From Candidatus Latescibacterota bacterium (lineage in GTDB: Bacteria > Latescibacterota > UBA2968), in NCBI GenBank assembly GCA_965205975.1, contig OZ242195.1, forward strand, positions 3,030,656-3,094,655: DNA of 64,000 bases, written 5' to 3'. The notes under the pieces are model-generated. The model did no database searches and was not told the origin of the DNA. It was given only the letters and a program-made list of their open reading frames with translations. Of this stretch, positions 1 through 9,712 are shown piece after piece (position 1 is the stretch's first letter; each line of letters begins with the position of its first letter). Position numbers and translations under genes: made by a program.

Positions 1-160
1 GATCTACTGCGTTACCCCGGCGACTTCAAGCGAAAATATTGACCATCCCTCCTCTCTGCGTGAAGCCGGCAGTGTGCAGGCGCCCCTGCACACTACTCAA
101 ATTATCAGTTTTGTAGTACGATATAAACTAATAACTGGGATTAGAAGTTCCCTTTTTTTT

Positions 161-187
161 AGAAGGGCGCGGTTTTGCGCGCCCTTC
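161..187. terminator. GC-rich inverted repeat (GAAGGGCGCGG..CCGCGCCCTTC) preceded by a T9 run. It lies just 3' of the TonB-receptor gene and is a possible terminator or structured element.
   Basis: Perfect 10-bp inverted repeat with a TTTTG loop at 161-187, and a T-run at 150-160. The U-tract is on the wrong side for the minus-strand gene, so terminator function is uncertain. Confidence 0.3.
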
Positions 188-193
188 CGCAAT

Positions 194-2227
194 CTACCAC
201 TTGATGCGCAAGCTGAATTGCATCTCGCGCGGAGAATCCCAATAGTTGCCGATATCGTTGATTTCGGGTGCTTGCAGACCCAGCGCAAGAATATCGACAT
301 TGGTAGGCTCTAAACCCATGATGCCATACTGCTGATAGCGATCAGAATCCCAATCTTCCGGGACCCCACCAAGGGCATTCTGGCGCCAGTCCTTCTGATT
401 AAACAAATTGTATATCTCCACAGCCACGGTTATGTTCACGCCCGACATATTGCCAAATACCTTCTCGGCATTGAAGTCTGCACGCGTATGGAGGGGACCT
501 TGACGGAATCCCTGAATACCGCCCGTGCTATACGTAAACCTGTTACCCGCGTAGAGATAATACACCAGGTTGGAGCGAAGATTGCCCAGAGCTTTGCCAC
601 CAAAAGGACCGTAGTTCGATGGCGTCGCAAACAAGAACGTAATCGAACCATAGCTGCGGCGGTCGGCGGTCAGCGGGGCGCGCTCGCCAGATTCCTGGTT
701 GTGCGCCACTGCCAGCGTACCTTCGCCACTTCCCGGATTGCCGGGATGGTTGCCAGCGCGTTCCCAATATTCCCTGTCTCCATCGTCGTAATGGCCCAGA
801 CTCGATCGGGCTTCATCGGCGACAAACTGCGCGCCTTCTGACGAATAGTGAGAATACCAGGGAATCCACGACCACGCACCACCTGTGCCAGTGAAATTCA
901 CTATTCTGGTATGTTGAGTCCGCAAATAAATATTCGCCTGGTTTCCATACGCCTCAATGTAGTGATTATCGGGCAACCCTTCGCGACGGGCTTTTTCCTG
1001 CAATGACACGGGAATCTCTGCACCCGTCGTGGGATCGACATCCCAGGTGTTCCAATAGTACCCACTGGCTACGAACTGAGAGTCGGGCCATACATCGCGG
1101 CGGTGCGCGCTATTGCGCCCTCCGTCTGCCCACTGCAGGTTGTAGCCTACATTGAACGAGAACATGTTCGAGAATTTCTTGCGCAAATTGATCTCGAAAC
1201 CGCGGACATCGCGCCAGTCGCCCGGTCCAGAACCTTGAACGCCCGTCACATACTGATGGCCTCCTGGATCGATCCACTGCTGTGAGGCGCTTCTGATCCT
1301 ATTGCCCGACGCCTTGTAAAAAGTCGTCAAACCGAGCACATAATCGCTCACAAAGTTCCAGTCTAAGCCTACCTCAAAAGAAGTGGTTTCTTCGGGAGGC
1401 AAATACGGCGTGCCGTGCCGTGATCCCGAGTCATTGAACTCGTTGAACTGTTCGCCGGGATCAATCACGCCATTGCCATTCAGATCTCTATCCACGGCCT
1501 CATTGGACGTGAATTCGTTCATGAACATTTCGTGGAATTGCGGGCGCTGCGTAAACCGACCGTAGAAGAAGCGCACGAGGCTCTTTTCTGTAATCGGATG
1601 CGACACGCCAATGCGAGGCTGAAATGCTTTGATCGTGGGTCCCTTGGTTGTGGGAATATAGGCGGAACGCGTCATGCCATTCCAGGGAGCCTTAGCACCG
1701 TACCAGGCATCGGAGTCTTTGATATAGGTATTCGGGAAGAAAAGCTCGCCCCTTATACCCGCATTCACAATCATCCCCTCAAACTCGATCTTGTCCTGAA
1801 TATAGACACCAAAATCAAGGGGATTGAGGCCCACATTGTCCCCACTGGGCCAGAATGCCGTATCTGTATAGTTCTGGGAGAACCAGCGCAGGCGACGGTG
1901 CGTGGGACCATCTGACCACCGCTGCTGATACCAGTTGTTGTAGCGGATGATTTCCACACCGGCTTTCACAAAGTTCTGCTTGTTCACCTGGCTGGAAAGA
2001 TCTGCCTTAAAGCTCAACCGCTTGTAGCCATACATGCTCCAGTTGTGCGTTTCGCGGTAAATCGTGTAGTGACCTGCCGCATCCTTCACACTCGAAGACG
2101 TCAGTTTGTCACCCACCAAAAAGTGGGGATGAAATCCCGTTGTGTCGCGCGTCGTCGCCGAATACCCCAAATTCACTTCGTAAAAAGTCTTGGGAGACAG
2201 AGAATGCGTCACAGCACCGTAAAACAA
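194..2227 (-). CDS. TonB-dependent receptor, C-terminal beta-barrel portion. Probably the same gene as 2284..3468, split by a frameshift.
   Basis: 677-aa ORF rich in beta-strand Gly/Tyr/Asn motifs and ending ...FSLRIKW, the aromatic C-terminus typical of outer-membrane barrels. The listed start is a TTG. The frame stays open upstream to 2261 and overlaps the end of the upstream ORF. Confidence 0.65.
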   Translation of the reverse strand: MFYGAVTHSLSPKTFYEVNLGYSATTRDTTGFHPHFLVGDKLTSSSVKDAAGHYTIYRETHNWSMYGYKRLSFKADLSSQVNKQNFVKAGVEIIRYNNWYQQRWSDGPTHRRLRWFSQNYTDTAFWPSGDNVGLNPLDFGVYIQDKIEFEGMIVNAGIRGELFFPNTYIKDSDAWYGAKAPWNGMTRSAYIPTTKGPTIKAFQPRIGVSHPITEKSLVRFFYGRFTQRPQFHEMFMNEFTSNEAVDRDLNGNGVIDPGEQFNEFNDSGSRHGTPYLPPEETTSFEVGLDWNFVSDYVLGLTTFYKASGNRIRSASQQWIDPGGHQYVTGVQGSGPGDWRDVRGFEINLRKKFSNMFSFNVGYNLQWADGGRNSAHRRDVWPDSQFVASGYYWNTWDVDPTTGAEIPVSLQEKARREGLPDNHYIEAYGNQANIYLRTQHTRIVNFTGTGGAWSWIPWYSHYSSEGAQFVADEARSSLGHYDDGDREYWERAGNHPGNPGSGEGTLAVAHNQESGERAPLTADRRSYGSITFLFATPSNYGPFGGKALGNLRSNLVYYLYAGNRFTYSTGGIQGFRQGPLHTRADFNAEKVFGNMSGVNITVAVEIYNLFNQKDWRQNALGGVPEDWDSDRYQQYGIMGLEPTNVDILALGLQAPEINDIGNYWDSPREMQFSLRIKW

Positions 2228-2283
2228 GGCATCTGTGGTAACGTAAGTTACCCGTTGGATTTACGACGTGCAAAAAGATATTT

Positions 2284-3468
2284 TTACCGCTGTTGCGCAA
2301 ATCCAATCTGCCGCCTTCGGTCGGGCCACCAAAGGTTTTCACTGCTATTGTAAACCCCCCCTAATCGCAACTTCAAGCTGGGAGAAGCAGAAAACGTCAG
2401 CTTCCCCGTATTCCGCGTATTTGGGGGCGTCGTCAAATTGGCATTCAACAATGCCTGTGGCTCTTTGCGCCAGACCGTACTGGCAAAAAATGTCATGTCC
2501 TGACTCAGCGGACCCGCGATATTGGCATCGATGCGATGTCCCATTTTGCCCGTGTAGTCCAGGCGCTTGTGCGCCTGCACGATGTCATTGGCGCCATCGC
2601 CATCGAGATCAGCGGGGATCTCGACCTGCTCTGCAACCCAGGCGGCATTATCCCACTGGTTGCTACCCCGGTGCATGGGCGAATCGTACACATTCGCACC
2701 CCAGTGCTTCTGTCCGGCAGGTGTGAATCGATAGTCCAGCATACCGCTGTATGACGAACCACCATCGCGCGTCACCATCGAAACCACGCCACCCTGGGCA
2801 TTGCCATACTCGGCGTTGTAACCACCCGTGATCACCTGGAGTTCCTGAACCGCACTCTTGTTCAAGGTGCGTCCAATACCCGTGCGAGAACCATAGGAGT
2901 CGGTCGTTGAAATGCGAACGCCATCCACGATGTATGCCACATCCTCGCGGTCTCCGCCGCGGATCATAAGCTCATCGCCTTCGGCATCGATTGAAACGCC
3001 AGCCTGAAGCTCGATGAACTCGCCCATATCGCGCACGATGGGCACGGCTTCCAGATCCTCGGCACTCATAATATACTTACTCGTCGTCTTATCTGGCTCA
3101 ACGGGCGGGCGCTCTGCAATCACTGTGATTTCGCCCAATTCCAGCGCAGCTTCTCGAATCTGGAAATCAACCGTCGTCGTCAAGTCAACTTGAACCCTGA
3201 TGTTGGTCTGACGCTGTGAATCATAACCCACCAGCGAGGCCGTCATCGAATACGTGCCGGGATCGACGAGCAAAATCACAAAAAATCCATCGCTATCGGT
3301 GACCGCACCGCGCTGTGTGCCTTCAATCACCACATTGGCACCCGGCAATACCTCACCCGTCTGCGCGTCGCGCACTGTACCCTGCATTTTTCCCGTTGTC
3401 GCGGCATGTGAAATACCCGCGCTAACAAGCAAGGACAGCACAACTATTGAAAGTATCTTTTGCATCAA
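2284..3468 (-). CDS. TonB-dependent receptor, N-terminal part: signal peptide, carboxypeptidase-regulatory-like (CarbopepD_reg) domain and plug domain.
   Basis: Signal peptide MMQKILSIVVLSLLVSAGISHA. Motif GTVRDAQTGEVLPGANVVIEGTQRGAVTDSDGFF is typical of the CarbopepD_reg domain that precedes TonB plugs. Plug-like segment ...ELGEITVIAERPP...DGVRIS.... Ends at a TAA 56 nt upstream of the barrel ORF, in a different frame. Confidence 0.7.
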   Translation of the reverse strand: MMQKILSIVVLSLLVSAGISHAATTGKMQGTVRDAQTGEVLPGANVVIEGTQRGAVTDSDGFFVILLVDPGTYSMTASLVGYDSQRQTNIRVQVDLTTTVDFQIREAALELGEITVIAERPPVEPDKTTSKYIMSAEDLEAVPIVRDMGEFIELQAGVSIDAEGDELMIRGGDREDVAYIVDGVRISTTDSYGSRTGIGRTLNKSAVQELQVITGGYNAEYGNAQGGVVSMVTRDGGSSYSGMLDYRFTPAGQKHWGANVYDSPMHRGSNQWDNAAWVAEQVEIPADLDGDGANDIVQAHKRLDYTGKMGHRIDANIAGPLSQDMTFFASTVWRKEPQALLNANLTTPPNTRNTGKLTFSASPSLKLRLGGVYNSSENLWWPDRRRQIGFAQQR

Positions 3469-3480
3469 CTTTTACCTCCT

Positions 3481-4254
3481 TTAGTCCCAAAAATAAAACT
3501 TGAACCCAGCACTCAGATCAAACATCTGAAGCGGAAATGCCTTATCCAGACCCCATGCATCTCGAGGGCGGAGTTCGCCGAGAATAAAATGATACCGCGC
3601 ACGCACATCCAGCGCGATCGTCTGCGTCACATGCGCTTCCAACCCCAACCCCAACACTGCGGTCACGGCCGTGCGCGTATCTTCCTGACGGTCCATCACT
3701 ACCTGGGGCAAAACATCGCCCTGGGCATCTACATTCGTCGCATCTACACCGTTGGCATCGGTCGGACTCTGCCCGGGCCACACGATATTTTCTGCTACGG
3801 TCTTGTGATCGTACACACCGCCACCCGCGACGATATAGGGCGAAAAACTCCCCTCATCCATTGAACGGTCTGCATTAAAAAACCACAATCCGGACAATAG
3901 CACGCTATTAAAGCGATTCGTGTGCGAACTATTCGGGTTGATATCTTTGCTGCTATATTGTTTGGCTGTCAAAGCCTTGGGAGACCAGGTAAACTCACCG
4001 GTTTCCAGAGCACCACCATCCATCTGGGTGTGGTGAAACTCGGCTTCAACGGTCAGACGAGAGCTACTCACACGACTGGCAGTAAGCCCCCATTTATCCA
4101 CACCACTGCCAAACCGCTCACCAAAGGTGAACATGGGATTGGTATAGCTGACAAACCCGCCCAAACCCCATTTGCCGGCAACCTGAGCCGATGACATGCT
4201 TGCCGAAGCCAAAATACCTGCAGCGACAAAACTCAGAACTTTAAACCATCTCAA
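3481..4254 (-). CDS. Outer-membrane beta-barrel protein (OmpA-like / porin-family small barrel).
   Basis: Signal peptide MRWFKVLSFVAAGILASASMSSAQ. Alternating amphipathic beta-strand pattern. C-terminal ...AGFKFYFWD aromatic terminus. Confidence 0.55.
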   Translation of the reverse strand: MRWFKVLSFVAAGILASASMSSAQVAGKWGLGGFVSYTNPMFTFGERFGSGVDKWGLTASRVSSSRLTVEAEFHHTQMDGGALETGEFTWSPKALTAKQYSSKDINPNSSHTNRFNSVLLSGLWFFNADRSMDEGSFSPYIVAGGGVYDHKTVAENIVWPGQSPTDANGVDATNVDAQGDVLPQVVMDRQEDTRTAVTAVLGLGLEAHVTQTIALDVRARYHFILGELRPRDAWGLDKAFPLQMFDLSAGFKFYFWD

Positions 4255-4554
4255 AGTGCTACCTCCTTTCGCAAACTGCGAAAAATGAACGACTTAACAA
4301 CTTTACTATGCAACGCAAAACAAATCTGTACGCTATTCACCACCTCCTTTTGTTTGTTATCACATCTGAAACATATAACCAAAAAATAGCTATCAAGACA
4401 TAATAGATTGAAACTTTGTTTCCAAATTATTTCCAAAAATTCACTTTAATGTAAAAAAAAGTAACACGCTATGCAATCATTTTTTTCAGCAATCATTTAC
4501 AATGCAAACACCGGATCGCGGCTTAAATGACAGGGCGAAGCAGGCCGCGATAAC

Positions 4555-4578
4555 GGGACGGCACAGGGGCCGTCCCTT
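4555..4578 (-). terminator. Hairpin (GGGACGGC..GCCGTCCC) downstream of the cytochrome gene. Putative terminator.
   Basis: 8-bp perfect inverted repeat located about 40 nt 3' of the stop of the minus-strand ORF 4619..5830. Confidence 0.3.
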
Positions 4579-4618
4579 ACGCCGATAACCTAATACCTCC
4601 CCTCTGTGTTCATCCGTG

Positions 4619-5830
4619 TTAATCTGTGGTTGAATTTCTTGCCTCTAACCGCAACCGCTTTGCCTCCGTGCGGATCTTATCCATCTCCATCTTCATCCGC
4701 ACAATACCCTCCCAATGCGTATAATCTGGCGAATGGTGATACGCCGCCTTAAACGTGGTCGCGTGATAAAACTTGAACAACCTGAAAAACGCCTGTTCAA
4801 TCTCCGATGTATTTTCGTACAATTGCTGCCCACCCATTTCAAAAGCGTGCCCAACCACTGGATTCGCCGGACGGTCTTCGGGCATGGGATCCAGCGCATT
4901 TTCGTCGTACAACGCCTTAATCAACGCATAAGACTCCGCAACCAGCGCGTCTGCCTCGCGCTTAATCGCATCTGCACGCTCGAGGCTCTCGCGAGAAAAC
5001 CGATTGGAATGACACGGCGCACACACCTGCAACATCGCATTCCGATTCGCTTCAAACTCCTCTTTCGTCAACCGCTTCATCGCCAGATGCGGCAGAAAAT
5101 CCTCCTCGAGCGCGGCACCCGTAAACACCGCACCCAACCCGATATTGGGCACATGCCCGTGATCGCCATTGGGCATGTGGCACGTCACGCAACTCGGCGA
5201 CTTCTCGGCATCTCTATCATTATAATATAGAACACCGTGAATACTCGTTTTATACGCCTCCATCACGGGATGGTCCGGACCGCCGTGACAAACGGCACAG
5301 GCCTCGGGTTCTCGCGCAAGCGCAGCACTAAATTCATGACTCGGATGACAGGTATTGCACCCCCCCACGCTACCATCGGCAAACCGGGCACCAATGCTGT
5401 GACACCCCATACACCCCTCTTCTTGCATCGCGCGCGACTGCGCCAAAAAACGCGCATCCGACAACGCGGCCAGTTCTGCATCGGCATGCCCGCTCTCTGC
5501 AAATGCCTCGACCTCTTCTGCATGGCATTTACCACACATACCCGCCGACACCTGTCCCCGAACAGCAAAAACCGTCTCGTGGTTCTCCCCATGACAATCC
5601 GCACACCCCACATTGGCTCGAAAATGGGCACTCTCTCGCCACTGTTTGTCCATGCCCGGATCGATATTCCGATGGCATCCTTCGCACGACTGGTCACTCT
5701 GGATACGCCACAAAAAAACCGGATGTTCAACAAACTGAACCGCCTCCTCGGGCTGCAAAAAATAAAACACACCAAAGGCGCAACCCAATACCAGCACGCC
5801 AACACCGACAATTTTCATCCAGACCTTCAC
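4619..5830 (-). CDS. Membrane-anchored octaheme c-type cytochrome (HAO/ONR/OTR-like multiheme family).
   Basis: N-terminal TM helix IVGVGVLVLGCAFGVFYFL. Eight CxxCH motifs (CEGCH, CADCH, CGKCH, CMGCH, CNTCH, CAVCH, CVTCH, CAPCH), followed by a long helical C-terminal region. Confidence 0.7.
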   Translation of the reverse strand: MKVWMKIVGVGVLVLGCAFGVFYFLQPEEAVQFVEHPVFLWRIQSDQSCEGCHRNIDPGMDKQWRESAHFRANVGCADCHGENHETVFAVRGQVSAGMCGKCHAEEVEAFAESGHADAELAALSDARFLAQSRAMQEEGCMGCHSIGARFADGSVGGCNTCHPSHEFSAALAREPEACAVCHGGPDHPVMEAYKTSIHGVLYYNDRDAEKSPSCVTCHMPNGDHGHVPNIGLGAVFTGAALEEDFLPHLAMKRLTKEEFEANRNAMLQVCAPCHSNRFSRESLERADAIKREADALVAESYALIKALYDENALDPMPEDRPANPVVGHAFEMGGQQLYENTSEIEQAFFRLFKFYHATTFKAAYHHSPDYTHWEGIVRMKMEMDKIRTEAKRLRLEARNSTTD

Positions 5831-5982
5831 AATTCACGCCCTTCCAATTAGGCCCCCTTCCTACCCCAAAATGCAACCACCGATGAACACAGATGAACAC
5901 GGATGGACACGCTTCTACTTCGTGTACCTTCGTGTCGTGAACTGCTATCGCAGTTGTACCCCGTTCCGTGAATTAACTGCGT

Positions 5983-8784
5983 CTATTCACTCAATTCGCG
6001 CAACAAATCGCGCGCCTGCACATTGCCCGGCTCTCGCGCAATCACGCGCCGCAAAACCGCAACCGCGCTATCTCGCTGTCCACTTATGGCATAAGCCTGT
6101 CCCATAAACAACTCCAATCCCTGCGCTTCTGGCTCCAGTATCCACGCTTGCCGATATACAGACAGCGCACCTTCTATATCGCCGCGCTCCTGTAAAACCG
6201 TACCCAGCACAGTAAGCGCGGGCACATAAAAAGGATCGACAATCAACGCATCCAGCAAAAGGGATTCCGCAGCCTCTAACTCGCCCAAATCAGCGCGAAT
6301 AAGCCCCTGCATCGCATACACATCAGCGCGGTTGGCATGGTATTTCACCGCAACCTCAAAATGCGGCAACGCATCTGCGAGCGCACCCCGCACATAAACG
6401 CGGTGCCCGGCGTCAAAAGCCGAATCCGATTTTGCTTTCCCCGCTTCTCGCGCCTGCCTGCCCAATCCAAACGATCCCGTACCCGCATCCTCCATTTCCA
6501 ACGCCCTGTGGTATGCCGCGCGCGCCAATGCCCAATCGCCCGACAGCGCGTGTGCAGTCCCTCTTTCCACCCAATCGCCTATCGGCATCTCATCCCACTC
6601 ATAATCATCGCGCACCTCGCCATCCCCAGCCGAAAACGCCAATAACGCGAGTTGTCGAATCGCTGGCACGTATCCCGGCGCAACAGCAAGTGCGCGGCGA
6701 TAGGCTTCAATAGCACCTGCGCGATCCCCACTGCCCCACCGCGCATCCCCCACAGCCGTCTGCAAAACCGGCGAACCATCGCGCACATCGTCAAAAGCCG
6801 TATCTGCATAGCGCCCATGGTGCAACAGCAATGCACCTGTGCGCAACCGGGAAGTCAAATCGCTCTTCCCCTTCAGCAAACCCCTCATCTCCTCAAAACG
6901 CTCCTGTTTTCGCGCCAATCGCGCCAGATCCGCCGCGGTCTCCGGGTGCAGGGGATCTAACTTCGCAACAATCTCAAATTCCCGCCTCGCATCTTCAAAA
7001 AGCCCCTGCGCTTCATAGACCTGCCCCAAACTCTCGTGAAAACCCGGATCATCGCCCTGCACGCCATACACCACATCGCGATGCTCCTCAAGTGCCCTGC
7101 GAAACGCATCGCCCACAGCAGAACCATCCGGCAAATAGCCAATATCCATCAGCGCGAACGGTGCTTGCACCCGCACAATACGCGCCGAATCGGACAACGC
7201 ATTCAAAAGCGCGGGCAAACCGCGCACATCGCCCAAACGCCCCAGCGAAATCGCCGCCTTCATCCGCACCATCGCATGTGAGTCATCCATCGCCTCAACC
7301 AGCGCCGGCACCACACGCGCATCCCCCAAACCGCCCAGCAAAGACGCAGCCGCTGCGCGCCACACCGCACTCTCACCCCCGTCGTTTACCAACCGCGCCA
7401 ACGGCACCACACCACTGCCCTTTTGCCCATTGGCAATCGCTGTTGTACGCGCCACAATTTCGTCCTGATAATCGCCATACCACTGCTTTGCCCACGACGA
7501 AGCCCATTGTGCGGACTTATCGCCGTGACACTGATTGCACGCATTGGGCACGCCATTGACCACCGTATTTTCCGGTGCAGGAGATGCAATGCGATGATCC
7601 GTCAGATTCTCTCCCGTCACATAGTGATACGGCATGTGACACTGCACGCATTGATTGCCCACACTCCCCGCGCGGTGATGCCCATGCGCGACCGGATCGG
7701 CTGCAATGTCTTCATGACACGTCTCGCACAACCCCACGCCATTCCGATCCGCCACCAGATCGACATCGCGCGCTGTTCCGTGCGCGTCGTGGCATGTCGT
7801 ACACGTCAACTCGCCCTGAATATAACACGCACTCATCAAATGCAATGCTGCGGGATACAAATAAACCCTGGGCTGTCCATCGGGATAAAAAATCGCCTCG
7901 TCATCTGGCAACACAAGAGAATAATAATCGTAAAAGTTCTCACCTGGCAAATACCCGGTCGCCACAATTTCCTTGGCCGCATGACACTGGGCACACACCT
8001 CGACAGACCGTTCCTTATCCAGCGACCGCAATAACAGCAAATGCAACGGGGCATTGACCTGTCCGCGCGTCTCATCGTGTTTGCCCGACGGCCCATGGCA
8101 CGCCTCGCAATCAATACTCAGACTACCCACAGTCGTGCGATAAGACTGGGACGCCACATCGTAATGCTTTTGCACCCGGCTGGCATGGCAATCAAAACAG
8201 TGAAAATTCCAGGTGCGTCCCGCATTCGTCCAATAATAATAATCTTCTCTCGCCAAAGGCCGCGACTGAGCCACCACACCTCCTTCTTGAGCATCGACCC
8301 AATCATTTGTCGCGCCATCGTGATACAGAGGCAACACCTGCCAACGCCCATTGGGAAAAGCCGTCAAATAAGCCTGGTGCTGCCGCTTGCCAATCGCGTA
8401 ATCCACGCGGTATGCTCCAACGCGCCCTTCCTCATCTTCAGTCTCCATATAATACGCACCATCCTTGCGAAACATACGCGAACGCACACCGCCATACACA
8501 TGGGACACATTGTCAAAATCGCCCACAATCGTCGAATCACTCGGCACAGTCATCGCGACACTGTGCAAACTCTGCCGCCACTCGGCATACTTGTCGGTAT
8601 GGCAGATCGCGCACCGTTCCAACCCGGTAAACCCCGGCTCAGAAGCGCGCACCAAATTGGGCACCTCGCGCTCCCGGCTGCACGACGCAAACACCAGAAT
8701 CACCCATAAAAAGCAACCACAGATGAACACCGATAAACACCGATAAAAAGCAAGATACAAGATGTGAAATTTTCTGCACCGCAT
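5983..8784 (-). CDS. Multiheme (8x CxxCH) c-type cytochrome lipoprotein fused to PBS-lyase HEAT-like repeats and a C-terminal TPR array.
   Basis: Lipobox LVFASC. CxxCH motifs CAICH, CFDCH, CEACH, CAQCH, CTTCH, CETCH, CVQCH and CNQCH. Then HEAT-like AMVRMKAAISLGRLGDVRGLPALLNALSD repeats, then multiple TPR-like repeats to the C-terminus. 933 aa. Confidence 0.65.
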   Translation of the reverse strand: MRCRKFHILYLAFYRCLSVFICGCFLWVILVFASCSREREVPNLVRASEPGFTGLERCAICHTDKYAEWRQSLHSVAMTVPSDSTIVGDFDNVSHVYGGVRSRMFRKDGAYYMETEDEEGRVGAYRVDYAIGKRQHQAYLTAFPNGRWQVLPLYHDGATNDWVDAQEGGVVAQSRPLAREDYYYWTNAGRTWNFHCFDCHASRVQKHYDVASQSYRTTVGSLSIDCEACHGPSGKHDETRGQVNAPLHLLLLRSLDKERSVEVCAQCHAAKEIVATGYLPGENFYDYYSLVLPDDEAIFYPDGQPRVYLYPAALHLMSACYIQGELTCTTCHDAHGTARDVDLVADRNGVGLCETCHEDIAADPVAHGHHRAGSVGNQCVQCHMPYHYVTGENLTDHRIASPAPENTVVNGVPNACNQCHGDKSAQWASSWAKQWYGDYQDEIVARTTAIANGQKGSGVVPLARLVNDGGESAVWRAAAASLLGGLGDARVVPALVEAMDDSHAMVRMKAAISLGRLGDVRGLPALLNALSDSARIVRVQAPFALMDIGYLPDGSAVGDAFRRALEEHRDVVYGVQGDDPGFHESLGQVYEAQGLFEDARREFEIVAKLDPLHPETAADLARLARKQERFEEMRGLLKGKSDLTSRLRTGALLLHHGRYADTAFDDVRDGSPVLQTAVGDARWGSGDRAGAIEAYRRALAVAPGYVPAIRQLALLAFSAGDGEVRDDYEWDEMPIGDWVERGTAHALSGDWALARAAYHRALEMEDAGTGSFGLGRQAREAGKAKSDSAFDAGHRVYVRGALADALPHFEVAVKYHANRADVYAMQGLIRADLGELEAAESLLLDALIVDPFYVPALTVLGTVLQERGDIEGALSVYRQAWILEPEAQGLELFMGQAYAISGQRDSAVAVLRRVIAREPGNVQARDLLRELSE

Positions 8785-8796
8785 AACACGTCCTGA

Positions 8797-9648
8797 CTAA
8801 CGCGCCTGTACCTCTCCCCGCGCACACCGAAACCCAATATGGGCAAATATTTCGATATCAAAATCGTCGCGCGCCAGAGCTCGCTCTTCCATAATTAAAA
8901 CCGTACTCCGCACAAATACGCGGATACTGGGTTGTGGTGAAAACCAACTCCCACCGCGAAGCGTGCGATCTGGCCCATCTTCCATACCCGAATTTTGCAA
9001 ATTCACCGGATTGTGCCTGGGGCTATTTGCGTAATACGTATGCTGGTATTCATCCACCGTCCACTCCCACACATTGCCCGCCATATCCATCGCGCCATAA
9101 GGACTTGCACCATCTGGATAGCTGCCCACAGGCATGGGACCCGAACTGAAATTGAAATTACACAGCGATTCACTCGCAGGCTCATTGCCCCAGGGAAACA
9201 CGCGCCCATCCGTACCTGCAGCGGCCAACTCCCACTGCGCTTCACTCGGCAATTGCAAACCCGCCCACAGGCAATAATCCCGCGCCTGAGACCACAAAAC
9301 CCCCACCGCTGGCTGATCGGCTTGATCAAACCCCTCTAATCGAAAGTACTGCGGCTCTTCACTTCCCGTAGCCTCCGCATAAGCCAAATACTGCGCGTTG
9401 GTCACCTCGTATTTATCGATATAAAATGCGTCGAGCATCACCTCGTGTGGCGGGCGCTCATTGGAGGGACCATCGCTCGACCCCATCGTAAAAGTGCTGG
9501 CCGGAACAAAAACCTGCACATGCTCCGTACCCGCAGGCGTGGTCACAACAGATTCTTCAACCACATACTCTGGATCGGTGGGCTTGCCACAGGCCATGGC
9601 CAATGCAATACCCAAAACGCCGAACCGATAAATCGTTTTTGGTATCAT
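8797..9648 (-). CDS. Formylglycine-generating enzyme family protein (SUMF1/FGE-sulfatase domain), lipoprotein.
   Basis: Lipobox LAMACG. FGE-domain signatures MGSSDGPSNERPPHEVMLDAFYIDKYEVTNAQYLAY, GNVWEWT and RGGSWFS. Confidence 0.7.
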   Translation of the reverse strand: MIPKTIYRFGVLGIALAMACGKPTDPEYVVEESVVTTPAGTEHVQVFVPASTFTMGSSDGPSNERPPHEVMLDAFYIDKYEVTNAQYLAYAEATGSEEPQYFRLEGFDQADQPAVGVLWSQARDYCLWAGLQLPSEAQWELAAAGTDGRVFPWGNEPASESLCNFNFSSGPMPVGSYPDGASPYGAMDMAGNVWEWTVDEYQHTYYANSPRHNPVNLQNSGMEDGPDRTLRGGSWFSPQPSIRVFVRSTVLIMEERALARDDFDIEIFAHIGFRCARGEVQAR

Positions 9649-9712
9649 TGCATTCTCCTGCGACAGGCGCGAATCAACGAATCTGCGAAAGCATTTGGGT
9701 GGCGGGGTGGGG

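Noticed and set aside
3481-4254. Porin-cytochrome (Pcc/Mtr-like) extracellular electron-transfer conduit formed by the OM barrel plus the two multiheme cytochromes.
   Set aside because: The barrel protein is only 257 aa (a predicted small 8-10-strand barrel), too small to sheath a multiheme cytochrome as 20+-strand MtrB/OmbB porins do. It is kept only as a low-probability idea within the cytochrome finding.
6831-7559. Long Pro/His/Arg-rich plus-strand ORFs (for example 6831..7559, 7423..8034, 8041..8709) antisense to the 933-aa cytochrome gene. Similar antisense ORFs overlie most large minus-strand genes (10776..11999, 20435..22771, 26376..29216).
   Set aside because: Typical shadow ORFs produced by high GC content opposite a real gene. 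They have compositionally biased translations (poly-P/H/R/A), no motifs, and are fully nested in well-supported genes.
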